A stretch of DNA of 47,961 bases from Acidobacteriota bacterium (GCA_038530905.1 JBCBCF010000001.1:1-47961), one strand, 5' to 3'; shown: positions 1 through 9,744, counted from the stretch's first letter. The notes: generated by a model from the sequence alone, not told the origin. Translations and numbers: made by a program.

Positions 1-1632
1 CTGCCGCAGGTCGTCAAGAGCGCCCGCGTGATGAAGAAGGCCGTCGCCTACCTGCAGCCGTTCATGGAGGCCGAGAAGGCAGCGAACGCCGAGGCCGACG
101 ACGCGCCGACTGTCCTTCTCGCAACGGTCAAAGGCGATGTCCACGACATCGGCAAGAACATCGTCGGCATCGTGCTCGGCTGCAATAGCTATCGGGTGGT
201 CGACCTCGGCGTCATGGTGCCCGCCGACGTCATCCTGGACCGCGCGATCGAAGAGAAGGCAGACGTTGTCGGCCTATCCGGCCTGATCACCCCGTCGCTC
301 GACGAGATGGTGCACGTCGCCAAAGAGATGGAGCGTCGCGGGCTCGATCTGCCGCTGCTGATCGGCGGCGCGACGACCTCGAAGCAACACACGGCGCTGA
401 AGATCGCGCCGCACTACGGTCACGAAGTGGCGCATGTCCTCGACGCTTCGCTTGCGGTTGGGGTCGTATCGAACCTGGTCGACGCCAAGCGGCGCACCGT
501 CTTCGCGAACGACAACCGTCAGGAGCAGGAGCGCCTGCGGGCGACCTATGGTGCCCGGCTGCGCAAACCGACGCTGCCGCTCGAGGAGGCGCGCGCACGC
601 CGCCTCCAGCTCGACTGGACGCGCGCCGAGCCGGCGACGCCGGACTTCTTCGGTCGGCGAGTCGAAACGGTGCCGCTCCCAGACATCGTGCCCTACATCG
701 ATTGGACCTTCTTCTTCAGCGCCTGGGAGCTGAAGGGGCGCTTCCCTGCCATTCTCGACGATCCGAGACTCGGCGCGCAGGCGCGCGAGCTGCATCGCGA
801 CGCGCTGGCACTGCTCGACAAGCTCATCGCCGGTAACGAGCTCGAGGCGCGCGCCGTCTGGGGCTTCTGGCCGGCCGCTGCCGACGGCGACGATCTCGTG
901 GTCTTCGAGCCGCCGTCCGACCGAGCCGGCGGGCTCGACGAACAGATGCGCTTCCCGATGCTGCGTCAGCAGGAGCGCAAGATCGACGATTCCAAGCCGT
1001 ATCGCTCGCTCGCCGACTTCGTGGCGCCGCTGCGGCCGGGCGACGAACAGCCGCGCGACTCTCTCGGGGCGTTCGCGGTGACCGCCGGCCTCGGCCTCGA
1101 CCACATCGTCGCGCGATTCGAAGCCGAGCATGACGACTATGGGGCCATCCTCGCCAAGGCACTGGCCGATCGTCTCGCCGAGGCGCTGGCGGAGAAGACC
1201 CATCTCGAGGCGCGGCGCGCCTGGGGATTTGGCCGCGACGAGGAGCTGTCGAACGAGGATCTGATCGCCGAGCGCTACCGCGGCATCCGTCCGGCGTTTG
1301 GCTATCCGGCCTGCCCGGACCACACGGCCAAAGGAGATCTGTGGCGACTCCTGGGCGCCGAGACGGCGATCGGAGTTCACCTCACCGAGCACTACGCCAT
1401 GTGGCCAACCGCTTCGGTCTCGGGCCTCTACTTCTCGCACCCCGAGGCGCGATACTTCGGCGTCGGCCGGATCGGTCGCGATCAGTTGATCGACTACGCG
1501 CAGCGCACCGACCGACCCGTTGCCGAGGCGGCACGCTGGCTGTCGTCGAATCTGTCCGAAGACGCCGCCTCATGGAGCGAGGCGGCGGTGGGAGCGGTTC
1601 AGGAGCGGAAGCTGGCGACCGCGTCGACCTGA
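1..1632 (+). CDS. metH: Cobalamin-dependent methionine synthase, C-terminal part (B12-binding and AdoMet-reactivation domains); 5' end lies outside the window
   Basis: The frame is open from nt 1 (LPQVVKSARVMKKAVAYL). DxHxxG cobalamin motif (GDVHDIGKNIV) and GLSGLITPSL are present, plus reactivation-domain motifs RPAFGYPACPDH and SVSGLYFSHP. Confidence 0.93.
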   Translation: MPQVVKSARVMKKAVAYLQPFMEAEKAANAEADDAPTVLLATVKGDVHDIGKNIVGIVLGCNSYRVVDLGVMVPADVILDRAIEEKADVVGLSGLITPSLDEMVHVAKEMERRGLDLPLLIGGATTSKQHTALKIAPHYGHEVAHVLDASLAVGVVSNLVDAKRRTVFANDNRQEQERLRATYGARLRKPTLPLEEARARRLQLDWTRAEPATPDFFGRRVETVPLPDIVPYIDWTFFFSAWELKGRFPAILDDPRLGAQARELHRDALALLDKLIAGNELEARAVWGFWPAAADGDDLVVFEPPSDRAGGLDEQMRFPMLRQQERKIDDSKPYRSLADFVAPLRPGDEQPRDSLGAFAVTAGLGLDHIVARFEAEHDDYGAILAKALADRLAEALAEKTHLEARRAWGFGRDEELSNEDLIAERYRGIRPAFGYPACPDHTAKGDLWRLLGAETAIGVHLTEHYAMWPTASVSGLYFSHPEARYFGVGRIGRDQLIDYAQRTDRPVAEAARWLSSNLSEDAASWSEAAVGAVQERKLATAST

Positions 1633-1940
1633 TCGTTGTAGTTGTCGAAGACGCCGATCAGGCGGGTCATTTCGAGGATCTCCTCGACCTTGTCTTCGAC
1701 GTGCAGAAGCTTGATCACCGCGTCCTCCCGCTCGGCCGTGGTCTTGCAGCGAATCAACTCGCCGAGGCCGGAGGAATCGATCGTGCGCACGCCCTTCAGG
1801 TCGAGCACGAGCCTTTTTTCACCACTCTCGAGCAGCTGCACGACCTTGTCGCGCAGCTTCACGTCTCCTTCGCCGATCGTCAGCTTGCCGTCGAGCCTGA
1901 CGATCACTACCCCTTCGTCGCGTTGCACATCCAGCTTCAT
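1599..1940 (-). CDS. STAS-domain protein (anti-sigma-factor antagonist, SpoIIAA-like)
   Basis: MKLDVQRDEGVVIVRLDGKLT...LVLDLKGVRTIDSSGLGELI is a typical STAS pattern with the conserved DSSG. The ATG at 1940 is preceded by GGAGGAAGAG. The longer ORF start at 2090 adds only Arg/Gly-rich junk. Confidence 0.85.
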   Translation of the reverse strand: MKLDVQRDEGVVIVRLDGKLTIGEGDVKLRDKVVQLLESGEKRLVLDLKGVRTIDSSGLGELIRCKTTAEREDAVIKLLHVEDKVEEILEMTRLIGVFDNYNDQVDAVASFRS

Positions 1941-2014
1941 GGCTCTTCCTCCGTGTGGAGGCGCGCTGTCGCTCGTGAGCGTCGGCCCGCCATCCGTCGT
2001 TTCGATGCGTCGGC

Positions 2015-2584
2015 TCAGCCGGGTTGGTCCGCGACCACCTCGGCGGCCATCCAGAGACGGTGCAGGAGCGGCGCGAACGCCTTGCAGCAAACCGCCAAAT
2101 TGGCTGCATCCTGCGGTGTGAAGTCGGGGCCGGCGGCTGCCGCTGAAGGGCCCGTGCGGTTGACCTCGATGATCCCGAGCACTGCGCCCCCAGGACCCTG
2201 CAAAGGCGCCGCCACCATCTTCTGAATCGTTCGCGTGACGCCTTCGCCGTCGGGAATCCGCTCGAAGACGTCCTTATGCGGCTGTTCGGCGACGTCATTG
2301 AACACCTTCGGCTCGGCGGCCACGGCGACCCGACCGGCCAAGCTGTCGGGAGTCACCGGGATCACGTTGCCCGAGGCGAGCTGTGGCGGGAACACAAAGG
2401 TCAGAAGCTCATCTTCGGGGAGGTGACGCAGGATCGCGACCGATGACTTCTCGCCGGTCCGGCCGAGGGCGGCCTTAAGGAAGCGCGCCGCTTCCGCAAG
2501 CATCTGATCCTGACGCGCGGCAGGCGCCAGACCGCGGTCCGCGGCCAAGGCCTTCATCGACGCGAGGGCATCGGCCAGTTTCAT
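2015..2584 (-). CDS. GAF-domain protein
   Basis: About 190 aa single-domain protein with GAF-like features (SVAILRHLPEDELLTFVFP ... MVAAPLQGPGGAVLGIIEVNR). It is co-directional with and 75 nt upstream of the STAS gene. The start at MKLADAL (2584) is chosen over 2605. Confidence 0.7.
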   Translation of the reverse strand: MKLADALASMKALAADRGLAPAARQDQMLAEAARFLKAALGRTGEKSSVAILRHLPEDELLTFVFPPQLASGNVIPVTPDSLAGRVAVAAEPKVFNDVAEQPHKDVFERIPDGEGVTRTIQKMVAAPLQGPGGAVLGIIEVNRTGPSAAAAGPDFTPQDAANLAVCCKAFAPLLHRLWMAAEVVADQPG

Positions 2585-2769
2585 CGGTTCCCCTTGGAGG
2601 TGCACGACCCCGAGGGACGGGAAGCCAGACGTCGGCCGTCGGGGGGCGCACCTCGAACAGCCGACAGGCGGCCGGACGTGCCGGCGAGACGTCGCATTGG
2701 AAGGTCTTGGGAGATCACTTTTCAGGAATTGTAGCGCGGCCTTGCGAAATGCGGTCTGAACGGTCTGCG

Positions 2770-2778
2770 TGGTATGAT
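2770..2778 (+). promoter_or_regulatory. Possible extended -10 element (TGgTATGAT) upstream of the FHA-histidine kinase gene
   Basis: TGGTATGAT lies in an otherwise GC-rich divergent intergenic region, about 90 nt upstream of the ATG at 2869. There is no good -35. A 7-nt direct repeat CGGTCTG-N2-CGGTCTG sits just upstream (2752-2767). Confidence 0.3.
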
Positions 2779-2868
2779 GGAGCCGATCCGTCTTGGTCCG
2801 TTCGCTGCAGCTGGAGAGAGATCAGCTCTCGGATTCCATCCCGCCGTTCGTCGCCCAGCCCCCATCCG

Positions 2869-4578
2869 ATGCCCTCCAGTCTGCAGTTGATCGTCTACGA
2901 CCGGTTTCGCGAGCAAAGCCGCTACACCTGGGACGGCTCACGCCTTCTCATCGGTCGCCGGGCCGACGCCGACATCCGAGTCGACGAGCCGACCATGTCT
3001 GCGATCCATGCGGAAATCAACGGCGACGGCGACGTTCTGCGCGTGCGCGACCTCGAGTCTCTGAACGGCACTCAGCTCAACGGCGAACGCATTCAGGAGA
3101 GTCCGCTGACGCCAGGCGACGAGATTCAGATCGGTCGAGCTCGCATCGTGCTCGACCGGATCGACTCGCAGAAAGATCGACCCAGCGACGAAGGACCCCT
3201 TGCGGCGCCGCTGACGGTCGGTTCGCAGACGGTCAAGATCAAACTCGCCACGCTGCGGGGCTCGGATCTCGAGCCAGGCCGAGAAGATCCGAGGATCCTC
3301 TTGCTCGCTGACCTCTTCGAGGCCTTGCGCTCGGTCGACGACCGAAATCAGGTTCTCGAGCAAACGCGGCCCGTGCTGCAGCAGGCCTTTCCGCGCGCCC
3401 GCATCTTCGTGCTGATGGCCGACGCCGAACAGGGCTGGCACGATCCGCAGATCGTCGACCTCAGCCGCCCGCCCAGCTTGACCTTTGTCCAAGAGGCAGC
3501 GCACAGCGACAGTGCGATCCTCTCGACCTCCCTCCCGGAGGATCAGCGCTTCTCGACCTCGGAGAGCGCGCGCATTTCCGGGATCGAAACGGCAATGGCG
3601 GCGCCGGCGCGGTGCGACGGGCACGCGGTGGCGGTGTTCTACGTCGATCGGCTCGGCCTGCCGGCCTTCATGCTGCCGGACCTCAACTTGCTCGCGATCG
3701 CCTCCAACCATGTCTCGGCCGTGCTCGAGAACGTCAGCCGCATCGCCGACCTGCGCCGCACCAACGCCGAGTTGGTCGAGGCACGCGAGACTCTGGCGAT
3801 GCTCAATCGCAATCTCGAGGCGGTGGTCGAGGAACGCACGGCCGAGATCCGCCGCCAGGCCGACGAGATCGCTGAGCTGGCCGAAGCCAAAGACGAGTTG
3901 TTGGGCATCGCGGCGCACGACATCCGCGGCCCGTTGACGGTCATTCAGGGCACCAGCGAGCTGCTGCGGCTGCGCGCCGGCAAGGTGGCGCCCGAGACGC
4001 TCGAGCGGAGCCTCGATCTGATGCACGGCGCCGCGCGCGGCCTGTCCCAGCTGCTTGGCGAGCTGCTGGACGCGAAAGCGATCGAGAACGGCAAGCTCCG
4101 CCTACAGCGGCTCGCGACACCGCTGGAGCATCTCTTCGCCGAAGTGTTGCCGGTGCCGAAGCTGGCGGCCGACGACAAAAAGATCGAGGTCGTCACGCGC
4201 ACCGAGCCCGACCTCCGGGCCGACGTCGACCCACAGAGGCTCGGCCAGGCGTTGACCAATCTCCTGCTCAACGCGGTGAAATTCTCTGAGCCGGGATCGC
4301 GCATCGTGCTCCATGGCCGCGGCGCCGCCGACCGGCTGGAGATCGAGGTCGAGGATCGCGGCGTCGGCATTCCCGAGGACGAGCTCGACCAGATCTTCGG
4401 CACGTTCGAGCAGGGACTCGCCGGCCGTCAGTTCGGCGGCAGCGGCCTCGGTCTAATGATCGCCCGCCGGCTCGTGGAGCTCCACGACGGCGAGCTGCGG
4501 GTCGAAAGCGAGGTCGGCGTCGGCAGCCGCTTCATTATGTCGCTTCCGCGGGCTGGTGGCATCGACCAGAACGACTGA
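2869..4578 (+). CDS. FHA domain - GAF-like domain - histidine kinase (HisKA + HATPase_c) fusion protein
   Basis: N-terminal FHA pattern (LLIGRRADADIRVDEPTMSAIHAEI...VRDLESLNGTQLNGERI). H-box LLGIAAHDIRGPLTVIQG. N/G boxes LLLNAVKFSE, DRGVGIP, GGSGLGLMIA. The start at 2869 (MPSSLQLIVYD) is uncertain; the ORF opens at 2707. Confidence 0.88.
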   Translation: MPSSLQLIVYDRFREQSRYTWDGSRLLIGRRADADIRVDEPTMSAIHAEINGDGDVLRVRDLESLNGTQLNGERIQESPLTPGDEIQIGRARIVLDRIDSQKDRPSDEGPLAAPLTVGSQTVKIKLATLRGSDLEPGREDPRILLLADLFEALRSVDDRNQVLEQTRPVLQQAFPRARIFVLMADAEQGWHDPQIVDLSRPPSLTFVQEAAHSDSAILSTSLPEDQRFSTSESARISGIETAMAAPARCDGHAVAVFYVDRLGLPAFMLPDLNLLAIASNHVSAVLENVSRIADLRRTNAELVEARETLAMLNRNLEAVVEERTAEIRRQADEIAELAEAKDELLGIAAHDIRGPLTVIQGTSELLRLRAGKVAPETLERSLDLMHGAARGLSQLLGELLDAKAIENGKLRLQRLATPLEHLFAEVLPVPKLAADDKKIEVVTRTEPDLRADVDPQRLGQALTNLLLNAVKFSEPGSRIVLHGRGAADRLEIEVEDRGVGIPEDELDQIFGTFEQGLAGRQFGGSGLGLMIARRLVELHDGELRVESEVGVGSRFIMSLPRAGGIDQND

Positions 4579-4606
4579 GTTGCTCGGGCTCTGCTAGCCT
4601 CGAATC

Positions 4607-5467
4607 ATGCGCGACCTGGACCAGGACCATCTCGTTCGAGAACTTGACGTTGCGGTTGACGCCTGGCGCCGCCGCGGCTGGCCGGAGCCAGACGTTCTGC
4701 TGGTCTCGGGCTCCGGGCTGTCGATCGACCTCGGGCAGCCGCTCGCCGAGCCGGTGCCCTGGGCCGACCTCCTGCCCTTCGAGGTGGTCGGCATCGAGGG
4801 CCATCCGCTGACGGCGGAACTTCTCGAGCCCGTGCCGGGACGGGTCGTGCTGTCGTCACGGGGCCGGCTGCACGCCTATCAGGGCTATTCGCGCGCTCAG
4901 GTCGTGTTCACCATCCGCTTGGCGGCTCAGCTCGGCGCTCGGCTGCTGCTGATGACCAACTCGAGCGGTGGCCTGCGCCCGGAGCTCGGTGCCGGCAGTC
5001 TCGTGGCCATCGCGGATCACCTCAATTTGACCGGCGACAATCCGCTCTGGGGACGCTTCCCGGCCTCCTGGGGACCGCAGTTCCCGGACATGTCGCAAGC
5101 CTACGACCCCGATCTCCGCCGTCTGCTGCTCGACATCGCGCGCGCCGAAGGGATCGCAGTCGAGGAAGGGATCTACGCGGGTGTTCCAGGGCCGAGCTAC
5201 GAAACGCCGGCGGAAGTGCGGATGCTGCATCGGCTCGGCGCCGACGTCGTCGGCATGTCGACGGTTCTCGAGGTGATCGCCGCCCACCACCTGGGCATGC
5301 GCTGCGGATGCCTGTCGGTCGTCGCCAACCCCGGCGCCGGCGTCACCGACGAGCGTCTGGACCACGCCGACGTGCTGACGCAGGGTGCCGAGGCCGGGCG
5401 CCGCGTGGCTCACCTCTTCGAGCGGCTCCTCGCCCACCCCGATCTGCTCGCGCCTGCGGGCGTCTAG
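4607..5467 (+). CDS. punA: Purine nucleoside phosphorylase (trimeric PNP/PunA type)
   Basis: Motifs VSGSGLS, LHAYQGY, MTNSSGGL, GPSYETPAEVRML, GADVVGMSTVLEV and VVANPGAG. Confidence 0.88.
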   Translation: MRDLDQDHLVRELDVAVDAWRRRGWPEPDVLLVSGSGLSIDLGQPLAEPVPWADLLPFEVVGIEGHPLTAELLEPVPGRVVLSSRGRLHAYQGYSRAQVVFTIRLAAQLGARLLLMTNSSGGLRPELGAGSLVAIADHLNLTGDNPLWGRFPASWGPQFPDMSQAYDPDLRRLLLDIARAEGIAVEEGIYAGVPGPSYETPAEVRMLHRLGADVVGMSTVLEVIAAHHLGMRCGCLSVVANPGAGVTDERLDHADVLTQGAEAGRRVAHLFERLLAHPDLLAPAGV

Positions 5468-5510
5468 GCAGCGCCCGGCCGGTGCGCGGCGAGTCGTCGG
5501 CAGGGCTCGC

Positions 5511-7034
5511 TCAGCGGTGGATCATCAGCCAGAGCCCAGAATACGCACGCATCATCCGCATGCGCAGACGTTGCACGGCGGCCGCCTCGACGCTGTCGCC
5601 CTCGAGCACACATTGCTCGAGCCGGTGACTGTATTCACGCAGCACGCGATCGGCGCGTCGGCAGGTCGCCCGAGCTGTCTGAAAGACCGCTGAGTTGCGA
5701 TCGTGCTTGCTCTCATCGAGCAGTCCTTTGATCTCGGCGACGTCCTGTTCGACGCGGACGCGAAGCGCCGCGCCATCGAGGAGGAAGCTCTCGAAGACGC
5801 GGTCGCAGGGCAGATCGCCGTAGAGCCGCCGATAGGCCGTGACTTCGCGCGGCCCGATGCCGAGACTGAAGATCTCGGGCAGCAGAGCGATCTTGGCCGC
5901 GTCGATTGTCGCGTTGGTGTCGTCGAGGGCCGCCACGATCGCTTGACGCTGCTCGGCGACGCCAGCGCCAGAGCGCTCTTCGACCGCTGCCGGCGCGATC
6001 GCGTCGGACCGCCCACGATGGTCGAGCTGGTCGCCGGCATGCGCCGCGCTGCCGGGCCGAAGCTTCGGCACCAGGTCACGGACCTGACGCCTGAGCTCGA
6101 CCACCTGGTCAAGTTTGAGGTCGTCGCCAGCGAGCTGCTGCTCAAAGCGCTCCACTGTCTGCCGGAAGTCGGACAGCTCCTCGCCGAGCTGGACGCCGAT
6201 CGGAACGTCGCGCTCGAGCTCGAAGACCTGCTGGTATTCGGCAACGATGCGCTGCTCCTCGCGCTGATAGAGCCGATGCACGTGATTCTTTAGAGCGAGA
6301 TTGGCCGCCAGAATGTCGGGCAACAGGCGCGGATGAAAGTACTGGTCACCGAGCGAGTGCTTGAGGTCGCGATAGCGGGGCACCAGACGCGCCTCATGCA
6401 GGCCATCCATCGACTCGACGAGCTCGATTTCTCCGCGCAGGGCGGCGATCTCGGAGCGGCGCTCCTCGAGCGCCGTCTCGCTCGGTTCGGCCCGCGCCAA
6501 CGCCGCCCACAAGCCCTGCGCCACTTCGCGGACGTGGGTGCGGTCGCGCAACATGAACGACTCGTGCGGATCGCTGAACGTCTCGCACAGCTTGGTGACG
6601 AGGTAGTCGGCCTTGTCGAGCTGCTGATGCGCCCACGGCTCGTCTTGCCGACTGTAGAGGTAGAACTTGACCAGCTGCGAGAGGATCTTGTCGTCGTGGC
6701 TCTTGACCCGCTGGAAGAACTGACGCACCGTGCCGGGCGAGACCTCGCCATCGAGCGCGATCAAGAACTGCACGAGCTGCCCGAGGCGCCGAGCGATCTC
6801 GTCGAGCTGCTGGTCGGCGTCGCGCACCGTCGTCTCGGCGAGGTTCTGCGACACCCTCTTGAGGTCGGCGTAGACCTCCTGAAACTCGTCCGGGCGCGGC
6901 TCAGGCGAGTCGAACGACAGCCCGAACGTCTTGCGCAACCCGTGCGCGAACTGCTGGAATGTCCAGGCGGATTTGAAGTGGTTGGACGCTCGGATATAGC
7001 GCCGGTGGACCTGATTGAGCATCTGAACCGACAT
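5511..7034 (-). CDS. Hypothetical protein, ~507 aa, predicted all-helical, no signal peptide
   Basis: Long ORF with normal amino-acid composition (rich in charged residues, Leu and Gln rather than Arg/Pro/Gly). The ATG at 7034 is preceded by GGGGAG. I recognise no family motif. Confidence 0.6.
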   Translation of the reverse strand: MSVQMLNQVHRRYIRASNHFKSAWTFQQFAHGLRKTFGLSFDSPEPRPDEFQEVYADLKRVSQNLAETTVRDADQQLDEIARRLGQLVQFLIALDGEVSPGTVRQFFQRVKSHDDKILSQLVKFYLYSRQDEPWAHQQLDKADYLVTKLCETFSDPHESFMLRDRTHVREVAQGLWAALARAEPSETALEERRSEIAALRGEIELVESMDGLHEARLVPRYRDLKHSLGDQYFHPRLLPDILAANLALKNHVHRLYQREEQRIVAEYQQVFELERDVPIGVQLGEELSDFRQTVERFEQQLAGDDLKLDQVVELRRQVRDLVPKLRPGSAAHAGDQLDHRGRSDAIAPAAVEERSGAGVAEQRQAIVAALDDTNATIDAAKIALLPEIFSLGIGPREVTAYRRLYGDLPCDRVFESFLLDGAALRVRVEQDVAEIKGLLDESKHDRNSAVFQTARATCRRADRVLREYSHRLEQCVLEGDSVEAAAVQRLRMRMMRAYSGLWLMIHR

Positions 7035-7318
7035 CGGGTCTCCCCTCGAGGCTGTGGGCGCGAGCGTCCTGTTCCGGAATCGCCGGTCGAGGTCCGATCG
7101 CCGTCCGGCGATGCGTCGCGACGTCGCGGCACCACCCGGCGACTCCTCCATCGGAGGGCGCGTGGGCGCGGCGAGACACGCGGTCGCAGAGTGTCACGTG
7201 ATCGGCCGATGATCAGGGCCAGCGTGCCGCGATCTCGATCGGACACCTCTGCGTTTCGAGCGCAGAGGAACGCGCAAAGATCATCCGCTCATCGCCATTG
7301 ATCTCTGGAGTGTATGAG

Positions 7319-7861
7319 ATGTCGGCTTTCTCCCCTTCCCGCCCGCGGGTTTTGATCTCGACCGACGCGCTGCGCCAGCGGGTCGCTGAACTGGCCGCGG
7401 AGATTCAGCACGACTATCGAGACCGTGAACGGATCATCGCGGTCGGCGTGCTGAAGGGCTCGGTCTTCTTCCTTTCGGACCTCCTCCAGCAGATCGATCT
7501 GCCGATTTCCGTCGACTTCTTCCAGACCTCGAGCTACGGTGATCAGACCGAATCCGACGACGTGCGAATCATCAAAGATCTCGACGGCTCGGTGAGCGGA
7601 GCACACGTGCTGCTGATCGAAGACATCGTCGACACCGGCAAAACGCTGCGTACTGTCCTCGATCTGCTGAAGTTCCGCCGCGCCGCGAGCGTCAAACTGT
7701 GCACGCTGCTCGACAAGCAGGCGCGCCGGCAGGTCGACGTGCCGATCCACTACTGCGGCTTCGAGATCGACGACCACTTCGTCGTCGGATACGGTCTCGA
7801 TCACGCGGGCCTCTATCGCAACCTGCCGTACATCGGCGTCTACGAGGGCGGCGGCGCTTAG
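7319..7861 (+). CDS. hpt: Hypoxanthine-guanine phosphoribosyltransferase
   Basis: PRPP-binding motif VLLIEDIVDTGKTL and C-terminal VVGYGLDHAGLYRNLPYIGV. The ATG at 7319 has GGAG 11 nt upstream. An alternative TTG start lies at 7298. Confidence 0.9.
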   Translation: MSAFSPSRPRVLISTDALRQRVAELAAEIQHDYRDRERIIAVGVLKGSVFFLSDLLQQIDLPISVDFFQTSSYGDQTESDDVRIIKDLDGSVSGAHVLLIEDIVDTGKTLRTVLDLLKFRRAASVKLCTLLDKQARRQVDVPIHYCGFEIDDHFVVGYGLDHAGLYRNLPYIGVYEGGGA

Positions 7862-7932
7862 GCGCCTCGGCGGTCGTGGAGTCGGCCGCCGATCCGCTCG
7901 ATCCGCCGACCCGCCCCATTTCAGGAGATCCC

Positions 7933-8343
7933 ATGTCGATGTCGACTGCGTCCGACCGCCTGTCCCTCGAAGCCATCGCGACCGAAGAGGCACCGGCCGC
8001 CCTCGGCCCGTATGCTCAGGCCGTGCGCGTAGGCGATTTCGTTTACACCAGCGGCCAGGTCGGAATCGATCCGGGCAGCGGGCAACTCGTCGAGGGGTTC
8101 GAGGCGCAGGCGCGTCAGGTGATGCGCAACCTCGCGCACGTGCTCGAAGCCGCCGATGCCAGCTTCGCCGACGTTGTCAAGGCGACCATCTACGTCGTCG
8201 ACCTCGGCAGATTCGCTCTCCTCAACCAGATCTATGCCGAGGCGCTGGGCGGCCATCGCCCGGCGCGCTCGACCGTCGAGGTGGCGGCGCTGCCGGCCGG
8301 CGCCGAGGTCGAAATCGACCTCGTGGTCCATCGACCGCGCTGA
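7933..8343 (+). CDS. ridA: RidA/YjgF/TdcF family reactive-intermediate deaminase
   Basis: APAALGPYAQAVRVGDFVYTSGQVGIDP...ARSTVEVAALPAGAEVEIDLV. AGGAG lies upstream of the ATG at 7933. The longer track ORF (7699) is an Arg-rich extension. Confidence 0.88.
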   Translation: MSMSTASDRLSLEAIATEEAPAALGPYAQAVRVGDFVYTSGQVGIDPGSGQLVEGFEAQARQVMRNLAHVLEAADASFADVVKATIYVVDLGRFALLNQIYAEALGGHRPARSTVEVAALPAGAEVEIDLVVHRPR

Positions 8344-8385
8344 GCGACCGGTTGCGCATCGGCGCTCCCGCGCCGCTCCTCCTCC

Positions 8386-9744
8386 ATGATCCAACGCACG
8401 TTCTGCCTGCTCGCGACCCTCGCCGTCTGCGCGTGGCTGGTGTGGACCCGCCTGATCTGGCAGCCGATCGACGGCGTGCCGGTCATCGTGGTCGACATCG
8501 ACACGTTGCGCGCCGATCGGCTCGGGGCGTACGGCTACGAACGCGAGACGAGCCCCCATCTGGATGCCTTCGCGCGCGACGCGGCGTTCTTTCGCTGGAC
8601 CTTTTCGCAGGCGCCCAACACGCCGCCGTCGCAGTCGTCGATTCTCACCTCCCTCTATCCGACGACGCATGGCAAGTTCCGCAACCAGGCGGTCCTTCCT
8701 GCCGCGGCGACGACACTGGCCGAAGCGCTGAGCGCCGCCGGCTACCGCACGGCCGCGTTCGCCGACGGTGGACTGATGGCGGGCGGCTTCGGGTTCGAGC
8801 AGGGATTCGACACCTATGATGATGAAGGCGGCCGGCTGCGCGTGATCGGCCCGAAGGTCGTCGACTGGATCGACTCCACGCTGCGATCGGGCGATCGACG
8901 ACCGTTCTTCCTCTTCATCCACACGTACGACGTCCATACTCCGTACGAGGTCTCTCCTGCGCGCTTCCGCGATCGATTCCTCGAGAGCCTCGAGCGGCCG
9001 GACCGCGAGTTCCTAGCCGGGGTCTCGGCGGCAATGTCCGAGGCCGAGCGTCGCAACAAGGCCGGTCAACCATCGCCGCTCGACGCTCTGCAGCTCCAGT
9101 GGATCGAGGCGCTCTACGACGGCGGCATCCGCCACGTCGATTGGTGGTTCGGCAAGTTCATCGGCGTGCTCCGCCAGCGCCAGCTGCTCGAGCAGGCGAT
9201 CGTGGTGGTGATCTCGGACCACGGCGACGCCTTCCAAGAGCACGGCCGGCTGTTGCACGCGGTGACCTACTCTCCTGTGACCCGCATCCCGTTCATGCTG
9301 CGCGCTCCGGGTGGACGAGGCGCCGGCGTCTACGACGAAGTCGTCCAGTCGATCGACCTGATGCCGACCGTTCTCGATCTCCTCGACCTCGAGATTCCTC
9401 ACCAAGCGCAAGGGCAAAGCCTCCGCCCGCTGCTCGAGGGCGGTGCTCTGCCGCAGCAGCTGGCGTTCACCTCCGACCCGCACGCCACGCGCTTCACCGT
9501 GACGACGACGCGCCATCGCCTGCACTGGCGCCCCGAGGGTGGTTCGACGGAGCTCTACGCCTATCGCGACGACCCGCTGGAGCAGGTGCCACTCGACGAT
9601 CCGGAGACGGAGGAGCGGCTGCTCGCGCAGGTCGGCCAGTGGCTCGAGACCACTCAATCGACCCAGCTGCAAGAGTCCGCCGAAGTCGAAACCATCGATG
9701 ACGAGCTGACCCGCCAGCTGCGCGCCTTGGGCTACCTGGACTGA
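8386..9744 (+). CDS. Sulfatase-like hydrolase/transferase (alkaline-phosphatase superfamily), paralog 1, N-terminal signal anchor
   Basis: VVDIDTLRADRLGAYGYERETSPHLDAFA metal-binding N-terminus. The nucleophile segment reads NTPPSQSSILTSLYP (Thr where sulfatases have Cys/Ser). ISDHGDAF is present. The C-terminus ends LRALGYLD. Confidence 0.82.
   Translation: MIQRTFCLLATLAVCAWLVWTRLIWQPIDGVPVIVVDIDTLRADRLGAYGYERETSPHLDAFARDAAFFRWTFSQAPNTPPSQSSILTSLYPTTHGKFRNQAVLPAAATTLAEALSAAGYRTAAFADGGLMAGGFGFEQGFDTYDDEGGRLRVIGPKVVDWIDSTLRSGDRRPFFLFIHTYDVHTPYEVSPARFRDRFLESLERPDREFLAGVSAAMSEAERRNKAGQPSPLDALQLQWIEALYDGGIRHVDWWFGKFIGVLRQRQLLEQAIVVVISDHGDAFQEHGRLLHAVTYSPVTRIPFMLRAPGGRGAGVYDEVVQSIDLMPTVLDLLDLEIPHQAQGQSLRPLLEGGALPQQLAFTSDPHATRFTVTTTRHRLHWRPEGGSTELYAYRDDPLEQVPLDDPETEERLLAQVGQWLETTQSTQLQESAEVETIDDELTRQLRALGYLD

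Noticed and set aside
7246-7268. Hairpin CCTCTGCG-tttcgag-CGCAGAGG about 50 nt upstream of hpt as a purine-responsive attenuator or riboswitch
   Set aside because: It is a single 8-bp stem without an alternative structure, a U-tract or any purine-riboswitch-like junction. This is insufficient evidence for a regulatory RNA, though it could equally be a protein operator.
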